DNA from: Auanema rhodensis
Lineage: Eukaryota > Animalia > Nematoda
Direction of reading: 5' to 3'
DNA length: 64,000 bases
NCBI GenBank assembly: GCA_964057225.1
Contig: OZ059895.1
Location: forward strand, 2,480,001-2,544,000
Both the position numbers and the translations under genes were made by a program. How positions within the stretch are numbered: position 1 is the stretch's first letter; each line of letters starts with the position of its first letter. Shown piece by piece: positions 26,801-41,900 of this stretch. The notes under the pieces were generated by a model. That model saw only the letters and a program-made list of their open reading frames with translations, ran no database searches and was not told where the DNA came from.

Positions 26801-28782
26801 TTTTCGTTGAATAACATTGTCCATCGTCTTTGCCTTGAAAAAAGGAATCTAAAAACATCTACTTTTTGCTAAATTATTTTGAAATTTTTGGAAAAAATTT
26901 TTGTCAAAATGTTTTTGGAAGCAATGTTGAGTGTACATGGAAACTCAACATACACTAATGCATCATTTTTCAAACGATCATAACTAATTTTTGTATCAAG
27001 CGTTTCTCAATGTAGTATAGTGCATTCGATGCGGATTTTTAAGCTGCGTCGATCTGTGTTATCAGATTTGCGCTAGCTTAAAAATGCACCGAGATATCAA
27101 CTGATATAAGTTCACACTTATATCCTCGATTTTCACCCTGAAGAATTAATTTTTTCGTTGAATAACATTGTCCATCGTCTTTGCCTTGAAAAAAGGAATC
27201 TAAAAACATCTACTTTTTGCTAAATTATTTTGAAATTTTTGGAAAAAATTTTTGCCAAAATGTTTTTGGAAGCAATGTTGAGTGTACATGGAAACTCAAC
27301 ATACACTAATGCATCATTTTTCAAACGATCATAACTAATTTTTGTATTAAGCGTTTCTCAATGTAGTATAGTGCATTCGATGCGAATTTTTAAGCTGCGT
27401 CGATCTGTGTTATCAGATTTGCGCTAGCTTAAAAATGCACCGAGATATCAACTGATATAAGTTCACACTTATATCCTCGATTTTCACCCTGAAGAATTAA
27501 TTTTTTCGTTGAATAACATTGTCCATCGTCTTTGCCTTGAAAAAAGGAATCTAAAAACATCTACTTTTTGCTAAATTATTTTGAAATTTTTGGAAAAAAT
27601 TTTTGTCAAAATGTTTTTGGAAGCAATGTTGAGTGTACATGGAAACTCAACATACACTAATGCATCATTTTTCAAACGATCATAACTAATTTTTGTATTA
27701 AGCGTTTCTCAATGTAGTATAGTGCATTCGATGCGGATTTTTAAGCTGCGTCGATCTGTGTTATCAGATTTGCGCTAGCTTAAAAATGCACCGAGATATC
27801 AACTGATATAAGTTCACACTTATATCCTCGATTTTCACCCTGAAGAATTAATTTTTTCGTTGAATAGCATTGTCCATCGTCTTTGCCTTGAAAAAAGGAA
27901 TCTAAAAACATCTACTTTTTGCTAAATTATTTTGAAATTTTTGGAAAAAATTTTTGCCAAAATGTTTTTGGAAGCAATGTTGAGTGTACATGGAAACTCA
28001 ACATACACTAATGCATCATTTTTCAAACGATCATAACTAATTTTTGTATTAAGCGTTTCTCAATGTAGTATAGTGCATTCGATGCGGATTTTTAAGCTGC
28101 GTCGATCTGTGTTATCAGATTTGCGCTAGCTTAAAAATGCACCGAGATATCAACTGATATAAGTTCACACTTATATCCTCGATTTTCACCCTGAAGAATT
28201 AATTTTTTCGTTGAATAGCATTGTCCATCGTCTTTGCCTTGAAAAAAGGAATCTAAAAACATCTACTTTTTGCTAAATTATTTTGAAATTTTTGGAAAAA
28301 ATTTTTGCCAAAATGTTTTTGGAAGCAATGTTGAGTGTACATGGAAACTCAACATACACTAATGCATCATTTTTCAAACGATCATAACTAATTTTTGTAT
28401 TAAGCGTTTCTCAATGTAGTATAGTGCATTCGATGCGAATTTTTAAGCTGCGTCGATCTGTGTTATCAGATTTGCGCTAGCTTAAAAATGCACCGAGATA
28501 TCAACTGATATAAGTTCACACTTATATCCTCGATTTTCACCCTGAAGAATTAATTTTTTCGTTGAATAGCATTGTCCATCGTCTTTGCCTTGAAAAAAGG
28601 AATCTAAAAACATCTACTTTTTGCTAAATTATTTTGAAATTTTTGGAAAAAATTTTTGTCAAAATGTTTTTGGAAGCAATGTTGAGTGTACATGGAAACT
28701 CAACATACACTAATGCATCATTTTTCAAACGATCATAACTAATTTTTGTATTAAGCGTTTCTCAATGTAGTATAGTGCATTC
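23869..28782 (+). repeat. Domain 3: very homogeneous TTTGG/TTTGCCA block containing a duplicated 5-mer (1755 bp)
   Basis: All 14 monomers have pos214 G and most have pos228 C. The variant order at pos 7, 139, 228 and 321 in 24922-26676 is repeated in 26677-28431. Confidence 0.8.
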
Positions 28783-29484
28783 GATGCGGATTTTTAAGCT
28801 GCGTCGATCTGTGTTATCAGATTTGCGCTAGCTTAAATATGCACCGAGATATCAACTGATATAAGTTCACACTTATATCCTCGATTTTCACCCTGAAGAA
28901 TTAATTTTTTCGTTGAATAGCATTGTCCATCGTCTTTGCCTTGAAAAAAGGAATCTAAAAACATCTACTTTTTGCTAAATTATTCTGAAATTTTTCGAAA
29001 AAATTTTTGTCAAAATGTTTTTGGAAGCAATGTTGAGTGTACATGGAAACTCAACATACACTAATGCATCATTTTTCAAATGATCATAACTAATTTTTGT
29101 ATCAAGCGTTTCTTAATGTAGTATAGTGCATTCGATGCGGATTTTTAAGCTGCGTCGATCTGTGTTATCAGATTTGCGCTAGCTTAAAAATGCACCGAGA
29201 TATCAACTGATATAAGTTCACACTTATATCCTCGATTTTCACCCTGAAGAATTAATTTTTTCGTTGAATAACATTGTCCATTGTCTTTGCCTTGAAAAAT
29301 GAAATCTAAAAACATCTACTTTTTGCTAAATTATTTTGAAATTTTTCGAAAAAATTTTTGTCAAAATGTTTTTGGAAGCAATGTTGAGTGTACATGGAAA
29401 CTCAACATACACTAATGCATCATTTTTCAAACGATCATAACTAATTTTTGTATCAAACGTTTCTCAATGTAGTATAGTGCATTC

Positions 29485-32400
29485 GATGCGGATTTTTAAG
29501 CTGCGTCAATCTGTGTTATCAGATTTGCGCTGGCTTAAAAATGCACCGAGATATCAACTGATATAAGTTCACACTTATATCCTCGATTTTCACCCTGAAG
29601 AATTAATTTTTTTGTTGAATAACATTGTCCATCGTCTTTGCCTTGAAAAAAGGAATCTAAAAACATCTACTTTTTGCTAAATTATTTTGAAATTTTTGGA
29701 AAAAATTTTTGTCAAAATGTTTTTGGAAGCAATGTTGAGTGTACATGGAAACTCAACATACACTAATGCATCATTTTTCAAACGATCATAACTAATTTTT
29801 GTATTAAGCGTTTCTCAATGTAGTATAGTGCATTCGATGCGAATTTTTAAGCTGCGTCGATCTGTGTTATCAGATTTGCGCTAGCTTAAAAATGCACCGA
29901 GATATCAACTGATATAAGTTCACACTTATATCCTCGATTTTCACCCTGAAGAATTAATTTTTTCGTTGAATAACATTGTCCATCGTCTTTGCCTTGAAAA
30001 AAGGAATCTAAAAACATCTACTTTTTGCTAAATTATTTTGAAATTTTTGGAAAAAATTTTTGTCAAAATGTTTTTGGAAGCAATGTTGAGTGTACATGGA
30101 AACTCAACATACACTAATGCATCATTTTTCAAACGATCATAACTAATTTTTGTATCAAGCGTTTCTCGATGTAGTATAGTGCATTCGATGCGAATTTGTA
30201 AGCTGCGTCGATCTGTGTTATCAGATTTGCGCTAGCTTAAAAATGCACCGAGATATCAACTGATATAAGTTCACACTTATATCCTCGATTTTCACCCTGA
30301 AGAATTAATTTTTTCGTTGAATAACATTGTCCATCGTCTTTGCCTTGAAAAATGGAATCTAAAAACATCTACTTCTTGCTAAATTATTTTGAAATTTTTC
30401 GAAAAAATTTTTGTCAAAATGTTTTTGGAAGCAATGTTGAGTGTACATGGAAACTCAACATACACTAATGCATCATTTTTCAAACGATCATAACTAATTT
30501 TTGTATTAAGCGTTTCTCAATGTAGTATAGTGCATTCGATGCGAATTTTTAAGCTGCGTCGATCTGTGTTATCAGATTTGCGCTAGCTTAAAAATGCACC
30601 GAGATATCAACTGATATAAGTTCACACTTATATCCTCGATTTTCACCCTGAAGAATTAATTTTTTCGTTGAATAACATTGTCCATCGTCTTTGCCTTGAA
30701 AAAAGGAATCTAAAAACATCTACTTTTTGCTAAATTATTTTGAAATTTTTGGAAAAAATTTTTGTCAAAATGTTTTTGGAAGCAATGTTGAGTGTACATG
30801 GAAACTCAACATACACTAATGCATCATTTTTCAAACGATCATAACTAATTTTTGTATCAAGCGTTTCTCGATGTAGTATAGTGCATTCGATGCGAATTTG
30901 TAAGCTGCGTCGATCTGTGTTATCAGATTTGCGCTAGCTTAAAAATGCACCGAGATATCAACTGATATAAGTTCACACTTATATCCTCGATTTTCACCCT
31001 GAAGAATTAATTTTTTCGTTGAATAACATTGTCCATCGTCTTTGCCTTGAAAAATGGAATCTAAAAACATCTACTTCTTGCTAAATTATTTTGAAATTTT
31101 TCGAAAAAATTTTTGTCAAAATGTTTTTGGAAGCAATGTTGAGTGTACATGGAAACTCAACATACACTAATGCATCATTTTTCAAACGATCATAACTAAT
31201 TTTTGTATCAAGCGTTTCTCAATGTAGTATAGTGCATTCGATGCGGATTTTTAAGCTGCGTCAATCTGTGTTATCAGATTTGCGCTAGCTTAAAAATGCA
31301 CCGAGATATCAACTGATATAAGTTCACACTTATATCCTCGATTTTCACCCTGAAGAATTAATTTTTTCGTTGAATAACATTGTCCATCGTCTTTGCCTTG
31401 AAAAAAGGAATCTAAAAACATCTACTTTTTGCTAAATTATTTTGAAATTTTTGGAAAAAATTTTTGTCAAAATGTTTTTGGAAGCAATGTTGAGTGTACA
31501 TGGAAACTCAACATACACTAATGCATCATTTTTCAAACGATCATAACTAATTTTTGTATCAAGCGTTTCTCGATGTAGTATAGTGCATTCGATGCGAATT
31601 TGTAAGCTGCGTCGATTTGTGTTATCAGATTTGCGCTAGCTTAAAAATGCACCGAGATATCAACTGATATAAGTTCACACTTATATCCTCGATTTTCACC
31701 CTGAAGAATTAATTTTTTCGTTGAATAACATTGTCCATCGTCTTTGCCTTGAAAAATGGAATCTAAAAACATCTACTTCTTGCTAAATTATTTTGAAATT
31801 TTTCGAAAAAATTTTTGTCAAAATGTTTTTGGAAGCAATGTTGAGTGTACATGGAAACTCAACATACACTAATGCATCATTTTTCAAACGATCATAACTA
31901 ATTTTTGTATCAAGCGTTTCTCAATGTAGTATAGTGCATTCGATGCGGATTTTTAAGCTGCGTCAATCTGTGTTATCAGATTTGCGCTAGCTTAAAAATG
32001 CACCGAGATATCAACTGATATAAGTTCACACTTATATCCTCGATTTTCACCCTGAAGAATTAATTTTTTCGTTGAATAACATTGTCCATTGTCTTTGCCT
32101 TAAAAAATGAAATCTAAAAACATCTACTTTTTGCTAAATTTTTTTGAAATTTTTCGAAAAAATTTTTGTCAAAATGTTTTTGGAAGCAATGTTGAGTGTA
32201 CATGGAAACTCAACATACACTAATACATCATTTTTCAAACGATCATAACTAATTTTTGTATCAAGCGTTTCTTAATGTAGTATAGTGCATTCGATGCGGA
32301 TTTTTAAGCTGCGTCGATCTGTGTTATCAGATTTGCGCTAGCTTAAAAATGCACCGAGATATCAACTGATATAAGTTCACACTTATATCCTCGATTTTCA

Positions 32401-35400
32401 CCCTGAAGAATTAATTTTTTCGTTGAATAACATTGTCCATCGTCTTTGCCTTGAAAAAAGGAATCTAAAAACATCTACTTTTTGCTAAATTATATTGAAA
32501 TTTTTCGAAAAAATTTTTGTCAAAATGTTTTTGGAAGCAATGTTGAGTGTACATGGAAACTCAACATACACTAATGCATCATTTTTCAAACGATCATAAC
32601 TAATTTTTGTATCAAGCGTTTCTCGATGTAGTATAGTGCATTCGATGCGGATTTTTAAGCTGCGTCGATCTGTGTTATCAGATTTGCGCTAGCTTAAAAA
32701 TGCACCGAGATATCAACTGATATAAGTTCACACTTATATCCTCGATTTTCACCCTGAAGAATTAATTTTTTCGTTGAATAACATTGTCCATCGTCTTTGC
32801 CTTGAAAAAAGGAATCTAAAAACATCTACTTTTTGCTAAATTATTTTGAAATTTTTGGAAAAAATTTTTGTCAAAATGTTTTTGGAAGCAATGTTGAGTG
32901 TACATGGAAACTCAACATACACTAATGCATCATTTTTCAAACGATCATAACTAATTTTTGTATCAAGCGTTTCTCGATGTAGTATAGTGCATTCGATGCG
33001 AATTTGTAAGCTGCGTCGATCTGTGTTATCAGATTTGCGCTAGCTTAAAAATGCACCGAGATATCAACTGATATAAGTTCACACTTATATCCTCGATTTT
33101 CACCCTGAAGAATTAATTTTTTCGTTGAATAACATTGTCCATCGTCTTTGCCTTGAAAAATGGAATCTAAAAACATCTACTTCTTGCTAAATTATTTTGA
33201 AATTTTTCGAAAAAATTTTTGTCAAAATGTTTTTGGAAGCAATGTTGAGTGTACATGGAAACTCAACATACACTAATGCATCATTTTTCAAACGATCATA
33301 ACTAATTTTTGTATCAAGCGTTTCTCAATGTAGTATAGTGCATTCGATGCGGATTTTTAAGCTGCGTCAATCTGTGTTATCAGATTTGCGCTAACTTAAA
33401 AATGCACCGATATATCAACTGATATAAGTTCACACTTATATCCTCGATTTTCACCCTGAACAATTAATTTTTTCGTTGAATAACATTGTCCATCGTCTTT
33501 GCCTTGAAAAAAGGAATCTAAAAACATCTACTTTTTGCTAAATTATTTTGAAATTTTTGGAAAAAATTTTTGTCAAAATGTTTTTGGAAGCAATGTTGAG
33601 TGTACATGGAAACTCAACATACACTAATGCATCATTTTTCAAACGATCATAACTAATTTTTGTATTAAGCGTTTCTCAATGTAGTATAGTGCATTCGATG
33701 CGAATTTTTAAGCTGCGTCGATCTGTGTTATCAGATTTGCGCTAGCTTAAAAATGCACCGAGATATCAACTGATATAAGTTCACACTTATATCCTCGATT
33801 TTCACCCTGAAGAATTAATTTTTTCGTTGAATAACATTGTCCATCGTCTTTGCCTTGAAAAAAGGAATCTAAAAACATCTACTTTTTGCTAAATTATTTT
33901 GAAATTTTTGGAAAAAATTTTTGTCAAAATGTTTTTGGAAGCAATGTTGAGTGTACATGGAAACTCAACATACACTAATGCATCATTTTTCAAACGATCA
34001 TAACTAATTTTTGTATCAAGCGTTTCTCGATGTAGTATAGTGCATTCGATGCGAATTTGTAAGCTGCGTCGATCTGTGTTATCAGATTTGCGCTAGCTTA
34101 AAAATGCACCGAGATATCAACTGATATAAGTTCACACTTATATCCTCGATTTTCACCCTGAAGAATTAATTTTTTCGTTGAATAACATTGTCCATTGTCT
34201 TTGCCTTAAAAAATGAAATCTAAAAACATCTACTTTTTGCTAAATTTTTTTGAAATTTTTCGAAAAAATTTTTGTCAAAATGTTTTTGGAAGCAATGTTG
34301 AGTGTACATGGAAACTCAACATACACTAATACATCATTTTTCAAACGATCATAACTAATTTTTGTATCAAGCGTTTCTTAATGTAGTATAGTGCATTCGA
34401 TGCGGATTTTTAAGCTGCGTCAATCTGTGTTATCAGATTTGCGCTAACTTAAAAATGCACCGAGATATCAACTGATATAAGTTCACACTTATATCCTCGA
34501 TTTTCACCCTGAACAATTATTTTTTTCGTTGAATAACATTGTCCATCGTCTTTGCCTTGAAAAAAGGAATCTAAAAACATCTACTTTTTGCTAAATTATT
34601 TTGAAATTTTTGGAAAAAATTTTTGTCAAAATGTTTTTGGAAGCAATGTTGAGTGTACATGGAAACTCAACATACACTAATGCATCATTTTTCAAACGAT
34701 CATAACTAATTTTTGTATTAAGCGTTTCTCAATGTAGTATAGTGCATTCGATGCGAATTTTTAAGCTGCGTCGATCTGTGTTATCAGATTTGCGCTAGCT
34801 TAAAAATGCACCGAGATATCAACTGATATAAGTTCACACTTATATCCTCGATTTTCACCCTGAAGAATTAATTTTTTCGTTGAATAGCATTGTCCATCGT
34901 CTTTGCCTTGAAAAAAGGAATCTAAAAACATCTACTGTTTGCTAAATTATTTTGAAATTTTTCGAAAAAATTTTTGTCAAAATGTTTTTGGAAGCAATGT
35001 TGAGTGTACATGGAAACTCAACATACACTAATGCATCATTTTTCAAACGATCATAACTAATTTTTGTATCAAGCGTTTCTCGATGTAGTATAGTGCATTC
35101 GATGCGGATTTTTAAGCTGCGTCGATCTGTGTTATCAGATTTGCGCTAGCTTGAAAATGCACCGAGATATCAACTGATATAAGTTCACACTTATATCCTC
35201 GATTTTCACCCTGAAGAATTAATTTTTTCGTTGAATAACATTGTCCATCGTCTTTGCCTGGAAAAATGGAATCTAAAAACATCTACTTTTTGCTAAATTA
35301 TTTTGAAATTTTTCGAAAAAATTTTTGTCAAAATGTTTTTGGAAGCAATGTTGAGTGTACATGGAAACTCAACATACACTAATGCATCATTTTTCAAACG

Positions 35401-38259
35401 ATCATAACTAATTTTTGTATCAAGCGTTTCTCGATGTAGTATAGTGCATTCGATGCGAATTTGTAAGCTGCGTCGATCTGTGTTATCAGATTTGCGCTAG
35501 CTTAAAAATGCACCGAGATATCAACTGATATAAGTTCACACTTATATCCTCGATTTTCACCCTGAAGAATTAATTTTTTCGTTGAATAACATTGTCCATC
35601 GTCTTTGCCTTGAAAAATAGAATCTAAAAACATCTACTTCTTGCTAAATTATTTTGAAATTTTTCGAAAAAATTTTTGTCAAAATGTTTTTGGAAGCAAT
35701 GTTGAGTGTACATGGAAACTCAACATACACTAATGCATCATTTTTCAAACGATCATAACTAATTTTTGTATCAAGCGTTTCTCAATGTAGTATAGTGCAT
35801 TCGATGCGGATTTTTAAGCTGCGTCAATCTGTGTTATCAGATTTGCGCTAACTTAAAAATGCACCGAGATATCAACTGATATAAGTTCACACTTATATCC
35901 TCGATTTTCACCCTGAAGAATTAATTTTTTCGTTGAATAGCATTGTCCATCGTCTTTGCCTTGAAAAAAGGAATCTAAAAACATCTACTGTTTGCTAAAT
36001 TATTTTGAAATTTTTCGAAAAAATTTTTGTCAAAATGTTTTTGGAAGCAATGTTGAGTGTACATGGAAACTCAACATACACTAATGCATCATTTTTCAAA
36101 CGATCATAACTAATTTTTGTATCAAGCGTTTCTCGATGTAGTATAGTGCATTCGATGCGGATTTTTAAGCTGCGTCGATCTGTGTTATCAGATTTGCGCT
36201 AGCTTGAAAATGCACCGAGATATCAACTGATATAAGTTCACACTTATATCCTCGATTTTCACCCTGAAGAATTAATTTTTTCGTTGAATAACATTGTCCA
36301 TCGTCTTTGCCTTGAAAAAAGGAATCTAAAAACATCTACTTTTTGCTAAATTATTTTGAAATTTTTGGAAAAAATTTTTGTCAAAATGTTTTTGGAAGCA
36401 ATGTTGAGTGTACATGGAAACTCAACATACACTAATGCATCATTTTTCAAACGATCATAACTAATTTTTGTATCAAGCGTTTCTCGATGTAGTATAGTGC
36501 ATTCGATGCGAATTTGTAAGCTGCGTCGATCTGTGTTATCAGATTTGCGCTAGCTTAAAAATGCACCGAGATATCAACTGATATAAGTTCACACTTATAT
36601 CCTCGATTTTCACCCTGAAGAATTAATTTTTTCGTTGAATAACATTGTCCATCGTCTTTGCCTTGAAAAATGGAATCTAAAAACATCTACTTCTTGCTAA
36701 ATTATTTTGAAATTTTTCGAAAAAATTTTTGTCAAAATGTTTTTGGAAGCAATGTTGAGTGTACATGGAAACTCAACATACACTAATGCATCATTTTTCA
36801 AACGATCATAACTAATTTTTGTATCAAGCGTTTTTCAATGTAGTATAGTGCATTCGATGCGGATTTTTAAGCTGCGTCAATCTGTGTTATCAGATTTGCG
36901 CTAACTTAAAAATGCACCGAGATATCAACTGATATAAGTTCACACTTATATCCTCGATTTTCACCCTGAACAATTAATTTTTTCGTTGAATAACATTGTC
37001 CATCGTCTTTGCCTTGAAAAAAGGAATCTAAAAACATCTACTTTTTGCTAAATTATTTTGAAATTTTTGGAAAAAATTTTTGTCAAAATGTTTTTGGAAG
37101 CAATGTTGAGTGTACATGGAAACTCAACATACACTAATGCATCATTTTTCAAACGATCATAACTAATTTTTGTATTAAGCGTTTCTCAATGTAGTATAGT
37201 GCATTCGATGCGAATTTTTAAGCTGCGTCGATCTGTGTTATCAGATTTGCGCTAGCTTAAAAATGCACCGAGATATCAACTGATATAAGTTCACACTTAT
37301 ATCCTCGATTTTCACCCTGAAGAATTAATTTTTTCGTTGAATAGCATTGTCCATCGTCTTTGCCTTGAAAAAAGGAATCTAAAAACATCTACTGTTTGCT
37401 AAATTATTTTGAAATTTTTCGAAAAAATTTTTGTCAAAATGTTTTTGGAAGCAATGTTGAGTGTACATGGAAACTCAACATACACTAATGCATCATTTTT
37501 CAAACGATCATAACTAATTTTTGTATCAAGCGTTTCTCGATGTAGTATAGTGCATTCGATGCGGATTTTTAAGCTGCGTCGATCTGTGTTATCAGATTTG
37601 CGCTAGCTTGAAAATGCACCGAGATATCAACTGATATAAGTTCACACTTATATCCTCGATTTTCACCCTGAAGAATTAATTTTTTCGTTGAATAACATTG
37701 TCCATCGTCTTTGCCTGGAAAAATGGAATCTAAAAACATCTACTTTTTGCTAAATTATTTTGAAATTTTTCGAAAAAATTTTTGTCAAAATGTTTTTGGA
37801 AGCAATGTTGAGTGTACATGGAAACTCAACATACACTAATGCATCATTTTTCAAACGATCATAACTAATTTTTGTATCAAGCGTTTCTCAATGTAGTATA
37901 GTGCATTCGATGCGGATTTTTAAGCTGCGTCAATCTGTGTTATCAGATTTGCGCTAACTTAAAAATGCACCGAGATATCAACTGATATAAGTTCACACTT
38001 ATATCCTCGATTTTCACCCTGAACAATTAATTTTTTCGTTGAATAACATTGTCCATCGTCTTTGCCTTGAAAAATGGAATCTAAAAACATCTACTTTTTG
38101 CTAAATTATTTTGAAATTTTTCGAAAAAATTTTTGTCAAAATGTTTTTGGAAGCAATGTTGAGTGTACATGGAAACTCAACATACACTAATGCATCATTT
38201 TTCAAACGATCATAACTAATTTTTGTATCAAACGTTTCTCAATGTAGTATAGTGCACTC
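29485..38259 (+). repeat. Domain 4: monomers marked by CGTCAAT, CTCGATG, GAATTTGTAAG, TACTTCTT and CTAACTT variants
   Basis: I see these variants only in this interval. A trimer at 34399/34750/35101 recurs at 36856/37207/37558, 7 monomers later. Confidence 0.78.
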
Positions 38260-38961
38260 GATGCGGATTTTTAAGCTGCGTCGATCTGTGTTATCAGATT
38301 TGCGCTAGCTTAAAAATGCACCGAGATATCAACTGATATAAGTTCACACTTATATCCTCGATTTTCACCCTGAAGAATTAATTTTTTCGTTGAATAACAT
38401 TGTCCATCGTCTTTGCCTTGAAAAAAGGAATCTAAAAACATCTACTTTTTGCTAAATTATTTTGAAATTTTTGGAAAAAATTTTTGTCAAAATGTTTTTG
38501 GAAGCAATGTTGAGTGTACATGGAAACTCAACATACACTAATGCATCATTTTTCAAACGATCATAACTAATTTTTGTATTAAGCGTTTCTCAATGTAGTA
38601 TAGTGCATTCGATGCGAATTTTTAAGCTGCGTCGATCTGTGTTATCAGATTTGCGCTAGCTTAAAAATGCACCGAGATATCAACTGATATAAGTTCACAC
38701 TTATATCCTCGATTTTCACCCTGAAGAATTAATTTTTTCGTTGAATAACATTGTCCATCGTCTTTGCCTTGAAAAAAGGAATCTAAAAACATCTACTTTT
38801 TGCTAAATTATTTTGAAATTTTTGGAAAAAATTTTTGTCAAAATGTTTTTGGAAGCAATGTTGAGTGCACATGGAAACTCAACATACACTAATGCATCAT
38901 TTTTTAAACGATCATAACTAATTTTTGTATTAAGCGTTTCTCAATGTAGTATAGTGCATTC

Positions 38962-41900
38962 GATGCGGATTTTTAAGCTGCGTCGATTTGTCTTATCAGA
39001 TTTGCGCTAGCTTAAAAATGCACCGAGATATCAACTGATATAAGTTCACACTTATATCCTCGATTTTCACCCTGAAGAATTGATTTTTTCGTTGAATAAC
39101 ATTGTCCATCGTCTTCGGCTTGAAAAAAGGAATCTGAAAACATCTACTTTTTGCTAAATTATTTTGAAATTTTTCGAAAAAATTTTTGTCAAAATGTTTT
39201 TGGAAGCAATGTTGAGTGTACATGGAAACTCAACATACACTTATGCATCATTTTTCGAACAATCATAACTAATTTTTGTATTAAGCTTTTCTCAATGTAG
39301 TATAGTGCATCCGATGCGGATTTTTAAGCTGCGTCGATCTGTTTTATCAGATTTGCGCTAGCTTAAAAATGCACCAAGATATCAACTGATATAAGTTCAC
39401 ACTTATATCCTCGATTTTCACCCTGAAGAATTAATTTTTTCGTTGAATAACATTGTCCATCGTCTTCGCCTTGAAAAAAGGAATCTAAAAACATCTACTT
39501 TTTGCTAAATTATTTTGAAATTTTTTGAAAAAATTTTTGTCAAAATGTTTTTGGAAGCAATGTTGAGTGTACATGGAAACTCAACATACACTTATGCATC
39601 ATTTTTCGAACAATCATAACTAATTTTTGTATTAAGCGTTTCTCAATGTAGTATAGTGCATTCGATGCGGATTTTTAAGCTGGGTCGATCTGTGTTATCA
39701 GATTTGCGCTAGCTTAAAAATGCACCGAGATATCAACTGATATAAGTTCACACTTATATCCTCGATTTTCACCCTGAAGAATCAATTTTTTCGTTGAATA
39801 ACGTTGTCCATCGTCTTCGCCTTGAAAAAAGGAATCTAAAAACATCTACTTTTTGCTAAATTATTTTGAAATTTTTCGAAAAAATTTTTGTCAAAATGTT
39901 TTTGGAAGCAATGTTGAGTGTACATGGAAACTCAACATACACTTATGCATCATTTTTCGAACAATCATAACTAATTTTTGTATTAAGCGTTTCTCAATGT
40001 AGTATAGTGCATCCGATGCGGATTTTTAAGCTGCGTCGATCTGTGTTATCAGATTTGCGCTAGCTTAAAAATGCACCGAGATATCAACTGATATAAGTTC
40101 ACACTTATATCCTCGATTTTCACCCTGAAGAATTGATTTTTTCGTTGAATAACATTGTCCATCGTCTTCGCCTTGAAAAAAGGAATCTGAAAACATCTAC
40201 TTTTTGCTAAATTATTTTGAAATTTTTCGAAAAAATTTTTGTCAAAATGTTTTTGGAAGCAATGTTGAGTGTACATGGAAACTCAACATACACTAATGCA
40301 TCATTTTTCAAACGATCATAACTAATTTTTGTATTAAGCGTTTCTCAATGTAGTATAGTGCATTCGATGCGGATTTTTAAGCTGCGTCGATTTGTGTTAT
40401 CAGATTTGCGCTAGCTTAAAAATGCACCGAGATATCAACTGATATAAGTTCACACTTATATCCTCGATTTTCACCCTGAAGAATTAATTTTTTCGTTGAA
40501 TAACATTGTCCATCGTCTTCGCCTTGAAAAAAGGAATCTAAAAACATCTACTTTTTGCTAAATTATTTTGAAATTTTTCGAAAAAATTTTTGTCAAAATG
40601 TTTTTGGAAGCAATGTTGAGTGTACATGGAAACTTAACATACACTTATGCATCATTTTTCAAACGATCATAACTAATTTTTGTATTAAGCGTTTCTCAAT
40701 GTAGTATAGTGCATTCGATGCGGATTTTTAAGCTGCGTCGATTTGTCTTATCAGATTTGCGCTAGCTTAAAAATGCACCGTGATATCAACTGATATATGT
40801 TCACACTTATATCCTCGATTTTCACCCTGAAGAATTAATTTTTTCGTTGAATAACATTGTCCATCGTCTTCGCCTTAAAAAAAGGAATCTAAAAACATCT
40901 ACTTTTTGCTAAATTATTTTGAAATTTTTCGAAAAAATTTTTGTCAAAATGTTTTTGGAAGCAATGTTGAGTGTACATGGAAACTCAACATACACTTATG
41001 CATCATTTTTCGAACAATCATAACTAATTTTTGTATTAAGCGTTTCTCAATGTAGTATAGTGCATTCGATGCGGATTTTTAAGCTGGGTCGATCTGTGTT
41101 ATCAGATTTGCGCTAGCTTAAAAATGCACCGAGATATCAACTGATATAAGTTCACACTTATATCCTCGATTTTCACCCTGAAGAATCAATTTTTTCGTTG
41201 AATAACGTTGTCCATCGTCTTCGCCTTGAAAAAAGGAATCTAAAAACATCTACTTTTTGCTAAATTATTTTGAAATTTTTCGAAAAAATTTTTGTCAAAA
41301 TGTTTTTGGAAGCAATGTTGAGTGTACATGGAAACTCAACATACACTTATGCATCATTTTTCGAACAATCATAACTAATTTTTGTATTAAGCGTTTCTCA
41401 ATGTAGTATAGTGCATCCGATGCGGATTTTTAAGCTGCGTCGATCTGTGTTATCAGATTTGCGCTAGCTTAAAAATGCACCGAGATATCAACTGATATAA
41501 GTTCACACTTATATCCTCGATTTTCACCCTGAAGAATTGATTTTTTCGTTGAATAACATTGTCCATCGTCTTCGCCTTGAAAAAAGGAATCTGAAAACAT
41601 CTACTTTTTGCTAAATTATTTTGAAATTTTTCGAAAAAATTTTTGTCAAAATGTTTTTGGAAGCAATGTTGAGTGTACATGGAAACTCAACATACACTTA
41701 TGCATCATTTTTCGAACAATCATAACTAATTTTTGTATTAAGCGTTTCTCAATGTAGTATAGTGCATTCGATGCGGATTTTTAAGCTGCGTCGATTTGTC
41801 TTATCAGATTTGCGCTAGCTTAAAAATGCACCGAGATATCAACTGATATAAGTTCACACTTATATCCTCGATTTTCACCCTGAAGAATCAATTTTTTCGT

